From: Felis catus
Lineage: Eukaryota
Direction of reading: 5' to 3'
Length of the DNA: 64,000 bases
NCBI RefSeq assembly: GCF_018350175.1
Contig: NC_058368.1
Coordinates: forward strand, 104,720,001-104,784,000
The position numbers and the translations under genes were made by a program. Below, one piece after another: positions 13,405-26,339 of the stretch (the first letter of the stretch is position 1; each line of letters starts with the position of its first letter). A model generated the notes under the pieces. The model saw nothing but the letters and a program-made list of their open reading frames with translations. It was not told where the DNA came from and made no database searches.

Positions 13405-13615
13405 TATTTTATTTTATTTTATTTTATTTTATTTTATTTTATTTTTAAATGTGCATTTATTTTTGAAAGAGAGGGAGCAGGGGAGGGGCAGAGCGAGAGG
13501 AAGGAGAGAATCTCAAGGAGGCTCCACTCTGTCAGTGCAGAGCCCGAAGTGGGGCTTGAACTCAGGAACCATGAGATCCTGACCTGGGCAGGAGTCAAGA
13601 GCCACCCAGGCACCT
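13405..13615 (-). mobile_element. SINEC with (TTTTA)n tail and a deletion in the head
   Basis: SINE body motifs; explains ORF 13360-13788. Confidence 0.85.
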
Positions 13616-15185
13616 CTGCTTTTCAGTACCTTTATTCAACAAGACAGAACAAAACGAAGAAACATCTGTTTCTGAATATAGTGAAATGCGGTATTTCTGT
13701 AGTTTTTTACAGCTCATTGGCATATTTCTGCAATGTCCTCTCCCCTCACCATATGAAATATTTGAATCATTTTCTTAAATGGTTTTAACTTGTATATGTG
13801 TTTGCATGTTCCCTGAATCTTGATCTAGCAATTATTTTTGCTTTTGATGTTTTATACTTTAACGTAGGTTATTCTAGAATTCACTTAATTTTCTAGAATG
13901 CAGAAAATCCTTTGGGAATGAGACAAGCTGACGTATATATACATTTTTAAAATGTACTTATATTTTCCCTTCTATGAACACCTCCAGTAGCTTTGCAACA
14001 CAGAGTTTTCTCTATGCCAAATTTCAAAAGCAAAGGGGAGGTGACCAAATTTTGCTTTTTTTTTTTGCTTTTTCTCTGCCATTCCTATAGAGAGGTTAAA
14101 GCCTTTGCAGAGCCACACATCAAGTGCAGAGCAGGAAGGGCTACCGAAAGATTAGCCTTAACATTTTTACATTAAAAGAAAACACACAGCCTTTTTCTTT
14201 TTCTTGGCAGTTTGAGTCACTGCGTGTAGCAATTTCTAACTTTACAGACTAAACATCTCTAATTGGGAAATGGATGGTTTGAGTCGAAGATGTGGGTGAC
14301 TCACGATATAATAAGTTTTCCAATTTGGGGTAATTGTTGGTAAGTAGATGGCCCATTACTGCTGACTAGTACGCGTTTTTATCTTTGAGGCAAGAATGAA
14401 AGTTAATATACATATTTCACACTTCATTGAAACAAAACGCTTATCCTAACATAGATAAAGCAATGAGACAGATACTTGCCATGCTTATCTGTTACCACTA
14501 AATATATTAAAGGTTTTGTTTTTTTGAGGAGTGAGGGAAACATTGGCAGTCTATCGCGCGTCTTCAACTGTGAGATGGGATAATAAAAACACCACTTCTT
14601 AGGTAAATGGCTGTGGGGCGTTGGATGGAAACACACATCAAAGGTTCGACACAGCGTCTGGCCCCCAGCCATCGGTCAGGAAATGTGAGCTGTTACTGCC
14701 TTTCGTTATCACTTATATTCATTCCTGTTAAGCAGAGTGGCTTCTTTAGATACGTCATGTTAAGCTTCAGATCCTACAACTTCGAGACAAACACCAATAA
14801 TCTGAATTAATTTATAAGCCCTATTTTGGCCACCCACTTATGCTCTTTATGTTAGAATACATTTTGTGATGACTGAAACTCCCCCTTTTGAAGATTTCAC
14901 GACCTCTCATAGTGGCTTATAGTATCTTTTAATTTTCCTACAAATTCGTAATCTTTTTTCCTTATTCCAAATCAATGTTTTCTTCAGTGTTAGCTTTTTT
15001 CCACTTAGAGATAGATGACTTATCACGAGAGACTTACTATCCTTATAATCAGTCTTGATTTTGGAAGACTGAGCACTTCCTCACTTGATCGGTTCTCTTG
15101 AATTTGAAGGATAAACTATTTCCTACAGTGAGGTTTTTGCTGGTATTATTGTCGATGTTTTTTTGAAGATAATCTTACTCTTTTT

Positions 15186-15341
15186 TGGAACTGGAGAGTG
15201 TTATGGTAAGTGAAATAAGTCATACAGAGAAAGACAGATACCCTATGTTTTCACTCTTATGTGGATCCTGAGAAACTTAACAGAAAGTCCATGGGGGAGG
15301 GGAAGAAAAAAAAAAGAGGTTAGAGATGGAGAGAGCCAAAG
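15186..15341 (+). mobile_element. Young felid L1 internal fragment (end of ORF2 and start of 3' UTR) without poly(A) tail
   Basis: tggaactggagagtgttatggtaagtgaaataagtcatacagagaaagacagata...gtggatcctgagaaacttaacaga matches the remembered felid L1 3' region. Confidence 0.8.
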
Positions 15342-15499
15342 TTTCCTTCTCAAAATGCCAGCTTTCACCCTGAAAGTAACTGTTTTAGTCACATAATCTG
15401 GCCTATTGTTACTAGTTTCTCTAGTTTACCAACAGTCCAGTTGATATTTATTCTCTTTTTAATTAGTAATAGGTTCAGCTATTTAGAGTTCCCTGTCCC

Positions 15500-15700
15500 A
15501 TTTTTCTAATGTTTATTTATTATTTTGAGACAGAGAGAGAGAGAGAGAGAGGTAGAGGCAGAGAGAGAGGGAGAGAGAATCTCAAGCAGACTCTGCACTG
15601 TCGGTGCAGAGCCCGATGTGGGACTCGATCTCAGGAACTGTGAGACCATGACCTGAGCCAAAATCTTGTCGGACACCCAACCAACTGAACCATCCATGTT
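15500..15700 (-). mobile_element. SINEC
   Basis: T tail, (GA)n tract, reverse SINE body. Confidence 0.88.
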
Positions 15701-17107
15701 CGTTTTTATAATAATTATATAAGATCATTTTATATACATGTGACAATTAGACATTTCCTTCTTACTAAGTGATAAGTTCCTAGAGGTTAGGAGTTGGGCA
15801 TGGGTTCCAGGTGCAGGCCATGCTTGCTGTTACAACATCCTAGCTGATGAGTGCCTGGCACATAGTAGGTGTTCAATAGATGCTTGCAGATGACTTCATT
15901 TGAGTATCTCATGGGAACCTCATACTTGATGTATCTGAAACTGAACTTCAGCTTCTTCCTTCCGAAAGGGGAGGGTGTCTGTGCCTCCCATCTTAGTGAA
16001 GAACATGCCCTCGACCCATGGGGCTATCCCAGGGAGCGCTCTTCTCTTTGATTCCCACCTTGCGTCACCAAGTTCAATGGATTCCAAGTCCTAAAAGCCT
16101 CTCAGTTTCAGTCAGTTCCCTGCAAGGTCTGTGTTATTCCCCAGTGAAGTTCATGTACTTTGCAATGGTGTATAAAACCCATTGTGATATGCCTCTGTCT
16201 CTTTCTTGGCTGAATGAATTTGAGCTTCCTAAAATGTGCCTGACCATCCCTTACTTCCGGTTTTCTCTGTGTGGACCATTCTCCTTCCTCTTGGTATCTC
16301 CTTTGCCCAGCCTGTTTTGCAGATATGTTATTATTTGCTTCTCTGTTGTGTTCTTTCTTCCTCTCAGTAATACCAGGATGGTTTTCTCCAACACCCACAT
16401 CTAAACAGCTTTATACCTGTTTCTGTACACCTATGAAGAACCGTCCATAAGATAGCTGGTTTTGTTTCTGTTGAGCAAATGGGAAAAGTGAAGCACTACG
16501 TATAACAATTGTACATCATGATGATTAAATTATCAATGTCTCACTGGCCAGGGACTGAAACCACATCTGTATTTTATGTCCAGTTTTTGCACGGTGCCTA
16601 GGATAGAGCAGGCGTTCAGTGCACATTGAATGAATTATTGAATGAATCTCACTTTGAGCTGAGGTGCCTCTCTCTTGAGTCAATGGAGCTTCTGTTTCAT
16701 CATTTATCCTCTGGGACAAATGAGGCCAGATTCCTCTGTGAGCCCTCTTCTTCCAGAAGGGAAATGTGCCTGGTGAGAGAATCTGGAAGCCTGTGTTGCT
16801 CTGTGTTGTTCGGGTAGATTCCTTTAATGTTGGCTGGCATGGATGAGAAGGGCTTTTGTTGTGGTGGCAATTAATGATGATTTGCACATTTTTGTAATTT
16901 ACAAAGTGGTGTCCCCCCTGCACAGCACAAGGAATACCTCTCTCTTGGACCATGAAATCTGGTGACCTGTCTATTTAAACACATGGCTTGTTATGCCTCG
17001 TTCGGCCCTAGTGACAACTGGTACCGAATGGTTGCTGTACTGAAAAGAATTATGTTTGGGTCACTTTAATGCATCTCTAATTTGGAGTGTTTTTTTTTTT
17101 CTTATAG

Positions 17108-17130
17108 GTTGTTCTTCAGTAAAAAAAAAA
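17108..17130 (+). other. MEGF10: 5' UTR part of the first coding exon of MEGF10
   Basis: Polypyrimidine tract and acceptor (tttttttttcttatag|G) at 17107/17108; 23 nt including an A10 run precede the ATG at 17131. Confidence 0.8.
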
Positions 17131-17246
17131 ATGGTTATTTCTTCGAACTCATGCCTGAGCTTCATTGGTTTATTGTTATGTCTCTGGAGCAGGACAGCAT
17201 CCTCGCTGAATCTTGAAGACCCTAATGTGTGCAGTCACTGGGAAAG
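17131..17246 (+). CDS. MEGF10: MEGF10 coding exon 1: signal peptide and start of the EMI domain ([39 protein letters not shown])
   Basis: ATG in strong context (AAAATGG); peptide matches the recognised MEGF10 N-terminus ([14 protein letters not shown]); donor GAAAG|GTAATA; 116 nt, ends in phase 2. Confidence 0.96.
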
Positions 17247-18287
17247 GTAATAGTTTTGAAAGTACTCTGCGAAATGATTTTGGATAAGTTATTTTTTAAT
17301 GTACTATCATTAGCAGTCTGATCTATGAAATTAGAATTTGAGAAGAGACGATGAAATGACTTATTTATGTAAAAAGCAGTGGTTATATTAATAAACTAGA
17401 CGGTGTTGTTCACCTTGGTCTTCTGGAATATAAAGTGAAAGAAAACTTGATCTGTAGATTCCAACACAGGAGCAATTGTATGATGCAGGGAAAATATTAC
17501 TAGCTCCCTCAAAATGATCTCCCAGGCATCTTCTCCTTGCTCTCGGTCTATTTGCAGTAAGCTCAGGGAGCTAGACTTATGCATGAGGAACCGATGCATG
17601 AGCAGTGAAAGACAGCATGAGATACCGTCCTGAAGTGTTGGAATGTATGGTGTAAGAAAACTGGGCTTTATGTGGCCTGAAAAGGGAGACAAGGTTTCTG
17701 GAGGAACGGGGCAAAGGCTGAGATGTTCTCAAAGACTTGAATAAGACAAGTGGATGGCGGTGATGATGTGCGGTTCTGGGAATGGAAGGGAGCTTGAAAC
17801 CAGGGCTACCCAGACCGCTGAGGGCCTTGAGCAAAAGACTAGTGTTAGTACAGGACCGCAGGAGGGCGTGGTTGAATAGATTACAGCAAATCAGACGATG
17901 TAGTGTGCAGATCAGGGCACTTTGCAGTGGGAAATACAGAGGGCGTACGACACAACAGGTCATTGTCAGAGATCCCCTAGTCCTTTTGGGAACACACAGA
18001 TAGCACAGACCATCCAGTGCCATTACAGTACAGTCAAATGTCGTCTACGCCCCTCTCCTGTGCTAGTTGCATTCCTAAGAAAACATCTTTATCCAAAAGT
18101 AACATTGTACATGTCAGTTTTTCAAAGAGGAGGTGGCATCCTTCTAGTATGCCCCAGTACTCAAGAGTAATAGGTATGTTCGATAGGTGTATATGCCATT
18201 GCATCCACCTCTCCATCGCTTGTCCCCATTACCCCCAGCGCCATGAGTAGCACACCACAGGGTACACATTCCAGTCACCAGGTAAAA

Positions 18288-18372
18288 GCCAATACCACAC
18301 TGTATGTCAACTAACTTGACTTTAAATAAATAAGTGAAAAATAAATAAATAAATGGAAAAAAAACAAACAAA
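18288..18372 (+). mobile_element. Extreme 3' end of a carnivore L1 with A-rich tail
   Basis: aataccacactgtatgtcaactaacttgactttaaataaa followed by an A-rich run. Confidence 0.7.
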
Positions 18373-19670
18373 CGAGCACAGGTCAGAGGCTTCCCAGCAC
18401 AGCAGCTGGGGTATTGGAGGGGCGCATTGGTTCCTACACACATAGTTCCATTATGAATCTTTAAGCTATAGAGGAAATACGTGTATGTGATAAAGTTCTA
18501 TGTGTTTGCAGTATTAACTATATTACATAGAATTGAAGGGGAAGGACCTCCTATTAATTATCCTCATAATCGTTACAGCACCTCCCATAAGTATTTCACT
18601 TACGAAGTGCATAATAACCACCCATAGATGCATAAAAATGAGTCCGTGAATATAAGAAGGGGTACATTTCCCATTTAAAAAAGGGAGGGCCATTGACAGT
18701 TGAATTTGTGGGAGGATGCAAGCTTTGGAATAGAAGGAAAAAATCAAATTCGTAAGATGCTCTGAAATAAGAATCAGTCAGAATCTTGGTCATACGCTGA
18801 TTGTAGGATGTGAAGGAGGCAGGCAAGGGGGGGATTTACAGCCTGCCCGGTGAAAGAGTGGAGGTGTCATTGCACATATGAAAAAAATTAAAGGAAGAGA
18901 GTTGATTTGAGAGGGAAGAGGTTAGTGTGGTTCTGCCATGTTGTGTTCTTAAGATCGGTGTGAGAGGTGGGCCTGGCTGTGTTTGGGAGTACAGGATTGG
19001 GAGTCCCCAGCATGATAAGATTGAACAGGTGGGCTCTCTGAGGGAAAGGCTATAAAGAAAAAACAACCAAGACTTGAGTTAATCCAGCACCCTCTCATAC
19101 ACGCACATTTTGCCCCGATTCCTCGTTCAACGGTTTGACGAAACTTGGCAACACATAATTGCATGTTCTGTTTGCCATTGATAATTCCCGGCGTCTAAAA
19201 CACCGCCTTGCTTAGGGCATGTGCTCAAGAAATAACTGTTGCTTGAGTACCTTCTGACAAGGAATGAAAGGACCTCATATGGAAATCAGTGGGGCAATGG
19301 GGAGAGAGGAGAGACAGACAACAGGGGGCACATTGGTCTCTAAACCTAATGCAATCCCACTGTTGAAGAAGTGATTAGAGTAACCTCTAAAATACTAACT
19401 AATGGGGATGGCAAATGAGGGTGAAAGAGTAGGGAAATGATGGAGGGGTTTTTTTTTCCCCCTGACTGTATTTTTTTTCCCATGACCTGCTAGAAAAAAA
19501 GATGGACAACCGTAATCTTCTTATTGATACATTTCCCGTTTTAAGGCTAGATGATGATTCTTTGAAGAAAGGTAGAGGAAAGTGGGATTGTTTGACAAGA
19601 ATGAAGGAAGGAATGTAAATTAAAATGGTCAAACGAAAGTGCGGGTGACGCCTTGTCCTGTATTTTCAAA

Positions 19671-19886
19671 TTTTTTTTTTCAACGTTTATTTATTTTTTG
19701 GGGGACAGAGAGAGACAGAGCATGAACGGGGGAGGGGCAGAGAGAGAGGGAGACACAGAATTGGAAACAGGCTCCAGGCTCTGAGCCATCAGCCCAGAGC
19801 CTGACGCGGGGCTCGAACTCACAGACCGCGAGATCGTGACCTGGCTGAAGTCAGACGCTTAACCGACTGCGCCACCCAGGCGCCCC
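19671..19886 (-). mobile_element. Young SINEC_Fc-type SINE
   Basis: CpG-rich body; TSD ttgtcctgtattttc at 19653-19667 and 19888-19902. Confidence 0.95.
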
Positions 19887-19917
19887 ATTGTCCTGTATTT
19901 TCCAAAACACTCGGGTA

Positions 19918-20040
19918 GGGGCGCCTGGGTGGCGCAGTCGGTTAAGCGTCTGGCTCCATCTTGATGCCGTGGAGCCTGCTTGGGTTTTTCTCTGTTTCTC
20001 TGTCTCTCTCTCAAAAATACATAAGTAAACATTAAAAAAA
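19918..20040 (+). mobile_element. Internally deleted SINEC
   Basis: Head joined almost directly to ggagcctgcttggg, then (CT)n and an A tail. Confidence 0.85.
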
Positions 20041-21063
20041 GTGAAATAGGGCTTGAATTGAAATGGGGAGAGGAAGATGAGTTTCAAGGACAAAATTCTT
20101 GGTAGTAGGTCCGAGCGGGGCTTGCTGTAGCTGTGCCTTATCTAAACCCCACCTGTCCCAAGTGGATTCGGCTGGAGCCTTGCTTTCCACAGTGTGCTTA
20201 ATGAGCATTGCCTGTCAGAAAGGCAGACCATCAGGCCTGCCCCAGGCCTGCTGAATCGTTTATTTTCAGACAAAAGCAGGCCTCCTTTTAATGCAGCGGT
20301 TCTCAGAAGGTGTACATGAAATGAAATTAACGAAAGTTAAATCATTTAGAATATACAGGGGGTGCTTGTTGTTAAAGGCAGCCTGCGCAGCGTCCTGGGG
20401 GAGACTGATGATTCCGTGAACTTTCTGTTTCTTCTCCGCATCCCTTTCCCTGTTCTGGGAGTTGAAGTGTTTGCATCTATTAGGGTTTCCTCCCAGGAAG
20501 ACACAAGTGAAGAGGAGCCCTTCTTTGTCCGTCGCCTTGGGGGTGGAGCACAGAAGTGGTACTGATTGCAGCTAGTCCTGAAGCGAGCAGAGATAAGAAA
20601 TGATAATTCCTACCATGTCTGATGAAAGTAACAAGATCATTTTGGCAGATAAAATGTCACTAACCACTTTGGAATGCATCCAAGTGATGATGGCTTCCCC
20701 CCCCCACCCCCCGTTCTTTGACCTTACATTAAATCTTGCTGGCGTTTCTCCCCGGATGATATTTAATAGGTTAAAATCACGGTGGTGATATGTTTTCAGT
20801 GTATTTGAGAAGATTAAGCAAACAAGCAGGAGATGAAGAGTTCTGCATCGCTGTGGGGAAAGTAGCGTAGAATTGAGATCAGATTCCATTGATACCGCAG
20901 TTTGGCGCTTATTGTCTACTTTAGAAGCTTTAGATGTTCTAATGACATCCGAGAGGTAGCATGGGACAGGGTGGTGTCTCGGGGCCGTGGTGTTAGTGCT
21001 GGCTGTGGAGTGACTGCTAGCACAGGGAGCTCCGTGCTGATCATTTGTGATAAAAACACGTTT

Positions 21064-21270
21064 GGGGTCACCTGGGTGGCTCAGTCGGTTAAGCGTACGA
21101 CTTCGGCCAGGTCATGACCTTACTGTTCCTGGGTTCAAGTCCCGCGTCGGGCTCTGTGCTGACAGCTCAGAGCCTGGAGCCTGCTTCGGATTCTGTGTCT
21201 CCCTCTCTCTCTCTCTGCCCCTACCCCACTGTGTCTGTCTCTTTCAAAAAAAATGAATAAACATTGAAGG
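21064..21270 (+). mobile_element. SINEC
   Basis: Full head, (CT)n tract, A-rich tail. Confidence 0.92.
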
Positions 21271-21326
21271 AAAAACACACAATTGAAGTAGACAGTCAAG
21301 AAAGTTCCTTCCCACACTGCCTTTAA

Positions 21327-21568
21327 GAGCAGCCTCGGTGGCTCAGTCGTTTGAGCGTCTAACTCCTGAATTCGGCTCAGGTCACGGTCCCAGGGCCGTG
21401 GGATAAATCCCGTCACTGGGCTCCACGCTGAGTATGGCACCTGCTTGGGTTTCTCTCTCTCCTTCCCACTGCCTTTCTTCCCCACTTGCAGGTGCTCTCT
21501 CTCTCTCCCTCTCTCTCAAGAATTAAAAAAAAAAAAACAAAAAAACAAAAAAAACAAACAAAAAAAAC
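21327..21568 (+). mobile_element. Older SINEC with long A-rich tail
   Basis: ggtggctcagtcgtttgagcgtct head. Confidence 0.85.
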
Positions 21569-22244
21569 AGTCGCTGATGAACATGGAAGTGTGGACTGTT
21601 AGCAGAGGCGCTGATGAAGTTCAAACAGCAGCCCGGAAGCTGTGATAAAGACCCAGAGGAGGCTAGCCTGTTCAGAGACCTTTCCCTTCAGATTACGAGC
21701 ACACAGCTTCCACAAAGTGGCCCCTTGAAAAGTGGCAAGTTAGTTGTTCAACTAGTTAGGTGGGTATTGAGCAAATTTACGGAGTATTTGGCAGTCACAA
21801 TTTGAAAATTTTTTACTAGTCCATGCTTATAATATACTCGAGTTTAACAGTAATTTTCAAAATTATGTGCATTGTATGGTTGTAATAATATAAAAACTAA
21901 AAAGCTAACTAAAACAAAAAACGAAAACCCCTGGAGACTGTAAAAAAAAATCTGCTATATGCTATTGGTGGTTACGTATGAGTTAGAGAACTCTCTCCTT
22001 AAAATGTTGTTTTCCAAAATTTGTAGTGTGATTGCAATGCCGTTAAAAATGGGTAAGAAAAGAGAGAAAGATTGTCTAGAAAAGAGGAAGAATGTATAAA
22101 ATGCAACAGAAAGGAAATTTGGTGTGAAAAGGCTTAGAGCCTTTCTCCCACAGACTTGACTAGAAGCCTGTTTCTGATCATCGTGCCAAGTAATTTGTTT
22201 TCAGTCAGTTCTGAACTGAGTTTGAGCTTCCCGATAATTTAAAA

Positions 22245-22477
22245 AAAATTTTAACATTTATTTATTAATTTTTTTTAACGTTTATTTATTTTTGAGACAG
22301 AGAGAGACAGAGCATGAATGGGGGAGGGTCAGAGAGAGGGAGACACAGAATCTGAAACAGGCTCCAGGCTCTGAGCTGTCAGCACAGAGCCCGACGCAGG
22401 GCTCGAACTCACGGACGTGAGATCGTGACCTGAGCCGAAGTCGGCCGCTTAACCGACTGAGCCACCCAGGCTCCCCT
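22245..22477 (-). mobile_element. SINEC
   Basis: TSD agcttccc(g/a)ataattt. Confidence 0.93.
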
Positions 22478-23424
22478 AGCTTCCCAATAATTTTAAGAAG
22501 AGGAGTCGAGGTGGAAGAGAAAGGCTCAAAGCATCGTCAATTTTGTCTTTGGTTATTCCCCAAACTGTACATATGTCTCTGTTAAAGCCATATTGTGTTG
22601 TTTTTAGCCTTGTGAGCTGGCCTCTGCTGAGAGCTCTTAGGGGGTGGGAGCTGCAGAGAAGATGTTGAATACCTTTTCGTTGAATTGGAATCCTAAATGG
22701 TTCGATGACCCTTTCATGGAGAAGAGCTTTTGTATCTTCTAAAACCACGGAAGCATCCTGCAAGTGTGTGCTGTTGGTGAGGGGCAAGAGGCCAGAGAGC
22801 AAATTCCTCTTCTTCAGTATTTCTTCTCATTTGAAACAACCTTACAGGCTGCTAGAAATTAGTGAACATACTTCTCATGATTGCCTATGGAATCCGTTCT
22901 GCCATCCACATCAAATGGGCTGCGTTTGCCCGGGACCCATTTGTCTATGATCACTTCTGCTTTTGAAGGCATACAGACGTTTAATGTCATAACATGACCT
23001 TTGAAATTTTATGGGAATAAAGCATTAGGTGTAGTTCCAACAAACCAATGTAGTTCACTTGTATTAGTGCTGTAGGGCCTGGTAGAATATTGTTGTCACT
23101 CAACTGGCATTGATTTAGAGTGGCTGCTTTTTAACTCCTCTAGTGGAGGAAAGCAGCTGTGTTTTGTTCACAGGTAACACAAGACCGCACCTGTATGGTA
23201 GTTTCATATACAGAGGATGTTCATCTGCTTTGCTGTCCACTGAAAACGGAGTGGACGAATAATGCTACAGACCTCAAGGTTCAGTTATTTACAAGCAGCT
23301 GGAGAGGCAGGAAAAAAGTTGGCGAGGTCTTCTAATTTGCATTAACGTGAACCTCAGAACAGTGCTGAAGTCAGAAGACATTAATAGCTTACTGTGATAT
23401 TTTGTTCCAAGAAACTTTATATAT

Positions 23425-23632
23425 TTTTTAAAACACTTATTTATTTATTTTGAGAGAGAGCATGAGTGGGGGGAGGGCAAGAGGGCAAGGGAGAGAGAGA
23501 AAATCTCAAGCAGGCTCTGTGCCGTCCGCACAGAACAGGATATGGGGCTCTAATCTCACAAAATGTGAGATCATGACCTGAGCCGAAATCAAGAGTCAGA
23601 CGCTTGAGTGACTGAGCTGCCCAGGCACCCAC
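23425..23632 (-). mobile_element. SINEC
   Basis: Reverse head; degenerate TSD aagaa(a/c)cttt(a/g)tat. Confidence 0.88.
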
Positions 23633-23878
23633 CCTAAGAACCTTTGTATTTTAACAGAGGCCTCTTTTCCCCTAAAGGAGTAATGTCACAGATGTTGGCA
23701 TTTGCATACTGTGCGATCATCTGAACCTGTTCTTGCCGGTAGCCTCAGGTTGCATATGGTAGAGAAGAAAATAGTCACCTAAAATGTACGTTAGAAATTC
23801 AGAATGCCAAGTGGAAGAGATCTTCAAGACTACCTCTGACCTTGTGGTTTTAAGATGTGGTTATCAAAACCCAGGAAA

Positions 23879-24095
23879 GGGGCACCTAGGTGGCTCAGTC
23901 AGTTAAACGTCTGACTTTGGTTCAGGTCATGATCTCACAGTCGGTGAGTTGGAGCCCTGCGTCCGGCTCTGTGCTGACAGCTCAGAGCCTGAAGCCTGCT
24001 TCGATTCTGTGTCTGCCTCTCTCTCTGTCCCTCCCCTGCTCATGCTCTGTCTCTGTCTGTCTCAAAGATAAATAAAAACATTAAAAAAAATAAAA
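23879..24095 (+). mobile_element. SINEC
   Basis: Full head and tail; flanking caggaaa repeat. Confidence 0.92.
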
Positions 24096-24436
24096 ACAGG
24101 AAAAGAAGGTTATTTGCTGATTGCCATCTAGTTTCTTACTGTTGATCAGGATAACCCTGTCTTCTGGTAATCCAATGATCTGTTCAGTAAGACCTGTTGC
24201 ATCTGCCTAAGATTTGTAGAGGATCCCTAAATTTACCTAGCAATCAAGGTGCAATGGTCCAAAGAATGAAATACACAAAAGGGTGAATAGTTAGGTTATT
24301 TTATAGACTTCCTATTGAAGCCTAAGTATGTTATGGCTAACAGAGACTGGCTAGAGAAAGAAATCCCATTGGTGGGGAGGCCAGCACCGCATAGCTTTTC
24401 AGATGAGAAGGTTCTGCCCTATATCTAACCTGAAAT

Positions 24437-24627
24437 ATTTATTTTTGATGGAGAGAGGGTGAGCAGGGGGTGGAGCAGAGAGAGAGAGGGAGAGAGAGAA
24501 TCCCAAGCAAGCTTGGCAATGTCAGCACAGAGCCTGATGTGGGGCTCAATCCCACAAACCGTGAGATCATGACCTGAGCTGAAATCAAGAGTCAGATGTT
24601 TAACCGACTGAGTCACCCAGGCACCCC
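24437..24627 (-). mobile_element. SINEC
   Basis: TSD ctaacctgaa. Confidence 0.9.
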
Positions 24628-25669
24628 TAACCTGAATTCTTTATGCCAACATTTCAAACTCATTCCTTCTGTACCTTCTCTAGTCAATACCTAGACTAGA
24701 GAAGTCTCATCTGTACCTAATAATGAAGTTGGTCCATTGATTTGCTGCAAGTGAGTTCATAATTGTGGCCTGTTTTGTTTGCTAGGGTGAATTAACGATT
24801 TTAGTGAAAATCTTTGAGACTGTTAAAGAGAAGAGAATTAACTTGTTTGGACAAGAGGATGCTTCGGGTTCTCCTATAGGCAGGAGCTCTAAGCTCTTGA
24901 GCCATGTAATAGACTGCTTTAAAATGAAGAAATATGACATTGAACATTGAATGCTTTTGTGTTTCGTGGATGTTTTCCACCTGCATTCTTAGGCTCTTAG
25001 GATGGCATGCCTTTACTTTAACATAACAAGAAGCTGTTAGTGAAATGTATTGAAAAGCCAGGCTAAGTAGCAGCAGGCTGTGGGTATGTATATTTCAGGC
25101 TAATTGTTTCAGCTGTGTGTTTAGAACTTAGCTTAGAGACTTCTTTGTAGTTTTTATTCAGAGGTTGTATATATTCTTCCACCGCCTGAAAAGTAGGGCA
25201 GGAACCCAAAACCAAATTAATTCAAGTTCCAACCTGAGAAGTGTGTTCTTTTTGATTTTCCAGAATCACTACCAAAATGTACTAGTAATAATATTCACAT
25301 TGTCTCTTAGCTTATTATTTGCATGCACATTTCAATTGAAAACTTCCTTGTGTAAGTTCTGGGTTAAGCCTGGACACCTGGGATGAGGGGATGCCATTAA
25401 ATACAGAAACGTACATGGTGGTAATGTTTTCAAGTTTAGGGTTATCAGAGTTAATGGTGAGTAGTAAAGAGAATTTTTTTATGAATTTAGAACATGAATT
25501 CTTATCTTTTAAATGTATTATTAATATTGGTCCTTTTGGTGTTCTCAGTCAAATAAAAACCTGTAAACACGTGGAGATTCTCTTTTGAAAGTCAGCAAAT
25601 GGAGATAATTTAGTCTATGATGCTTGTATGTACACAGTACATCATTAATGTAAGAATAGGAACTACTGA

Positions 25670-25798
<129 letters not shown>

Positions 25799-26339
25799 TA
25801 ATCAAAGCTCAGGTCTATTTATGGAGTTTGGCTAACTGGGAAGTGCTTTACTACAGAGACGTTACATGTATGAGAAGATGCGTCTGTTCATCTAGTCAAT
25901 AGTTATTGAGTGCTTGTTACTGTCCTAGCCTTGTTCCAAACCATAGGAGATACAGACATGCAAAAAAAAAAGCCTGTCCATGCCCCTGATGAGCGTACAG
26001 GGGAAGTGTCTCCTGGTTACCATAGTTTGGTTAGCAAGAATTCATGCAGCTTTTGTGTGATGCATAAACGGGGGAGACACTCTTAATTATGGACTTCAAG
26101 AAACTCATATTCCAGCATACGTTTCTACTTGAATATCTGACTCAGTTTGGACTAATTTAAACTTGAACTCAACTTAAGCCACATTTTTTCCCCTATAAAT
26201 GTGAAAACAGAGAAGAAAAACATCTTAAATATGAATGTTAATAAGGAAGGGACCAGCGATGCCTTACTTTTATTGGTAAAATGCTTACCATGGTGTGAGT
26301 CATGGGTCTAATGTGACACCTGTTGATTTATACTGCACT

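Noticed and set aside
1..17107. MEGF10 promoter or upstream non-coding exon
   Set aside because: No CpG island or supportable exon is visible; these probably lie left of the window or need transcript data to locate.
17056..17130. N-terminal extension in ORF 17056-17250
   Set aside because: It starts at a TTG in the intron upstream of the splice acceptor; the real start is the ATG at 17131.
17396..18443. Cluster of overlapping 60-148 aa ORFs, considered as a retrogene or an endogenous viral element (bornavirus N, circovirus Rep)
   Set aside because: Hand translation shows none of the motifs I know from those proteins and no coherent long frame.
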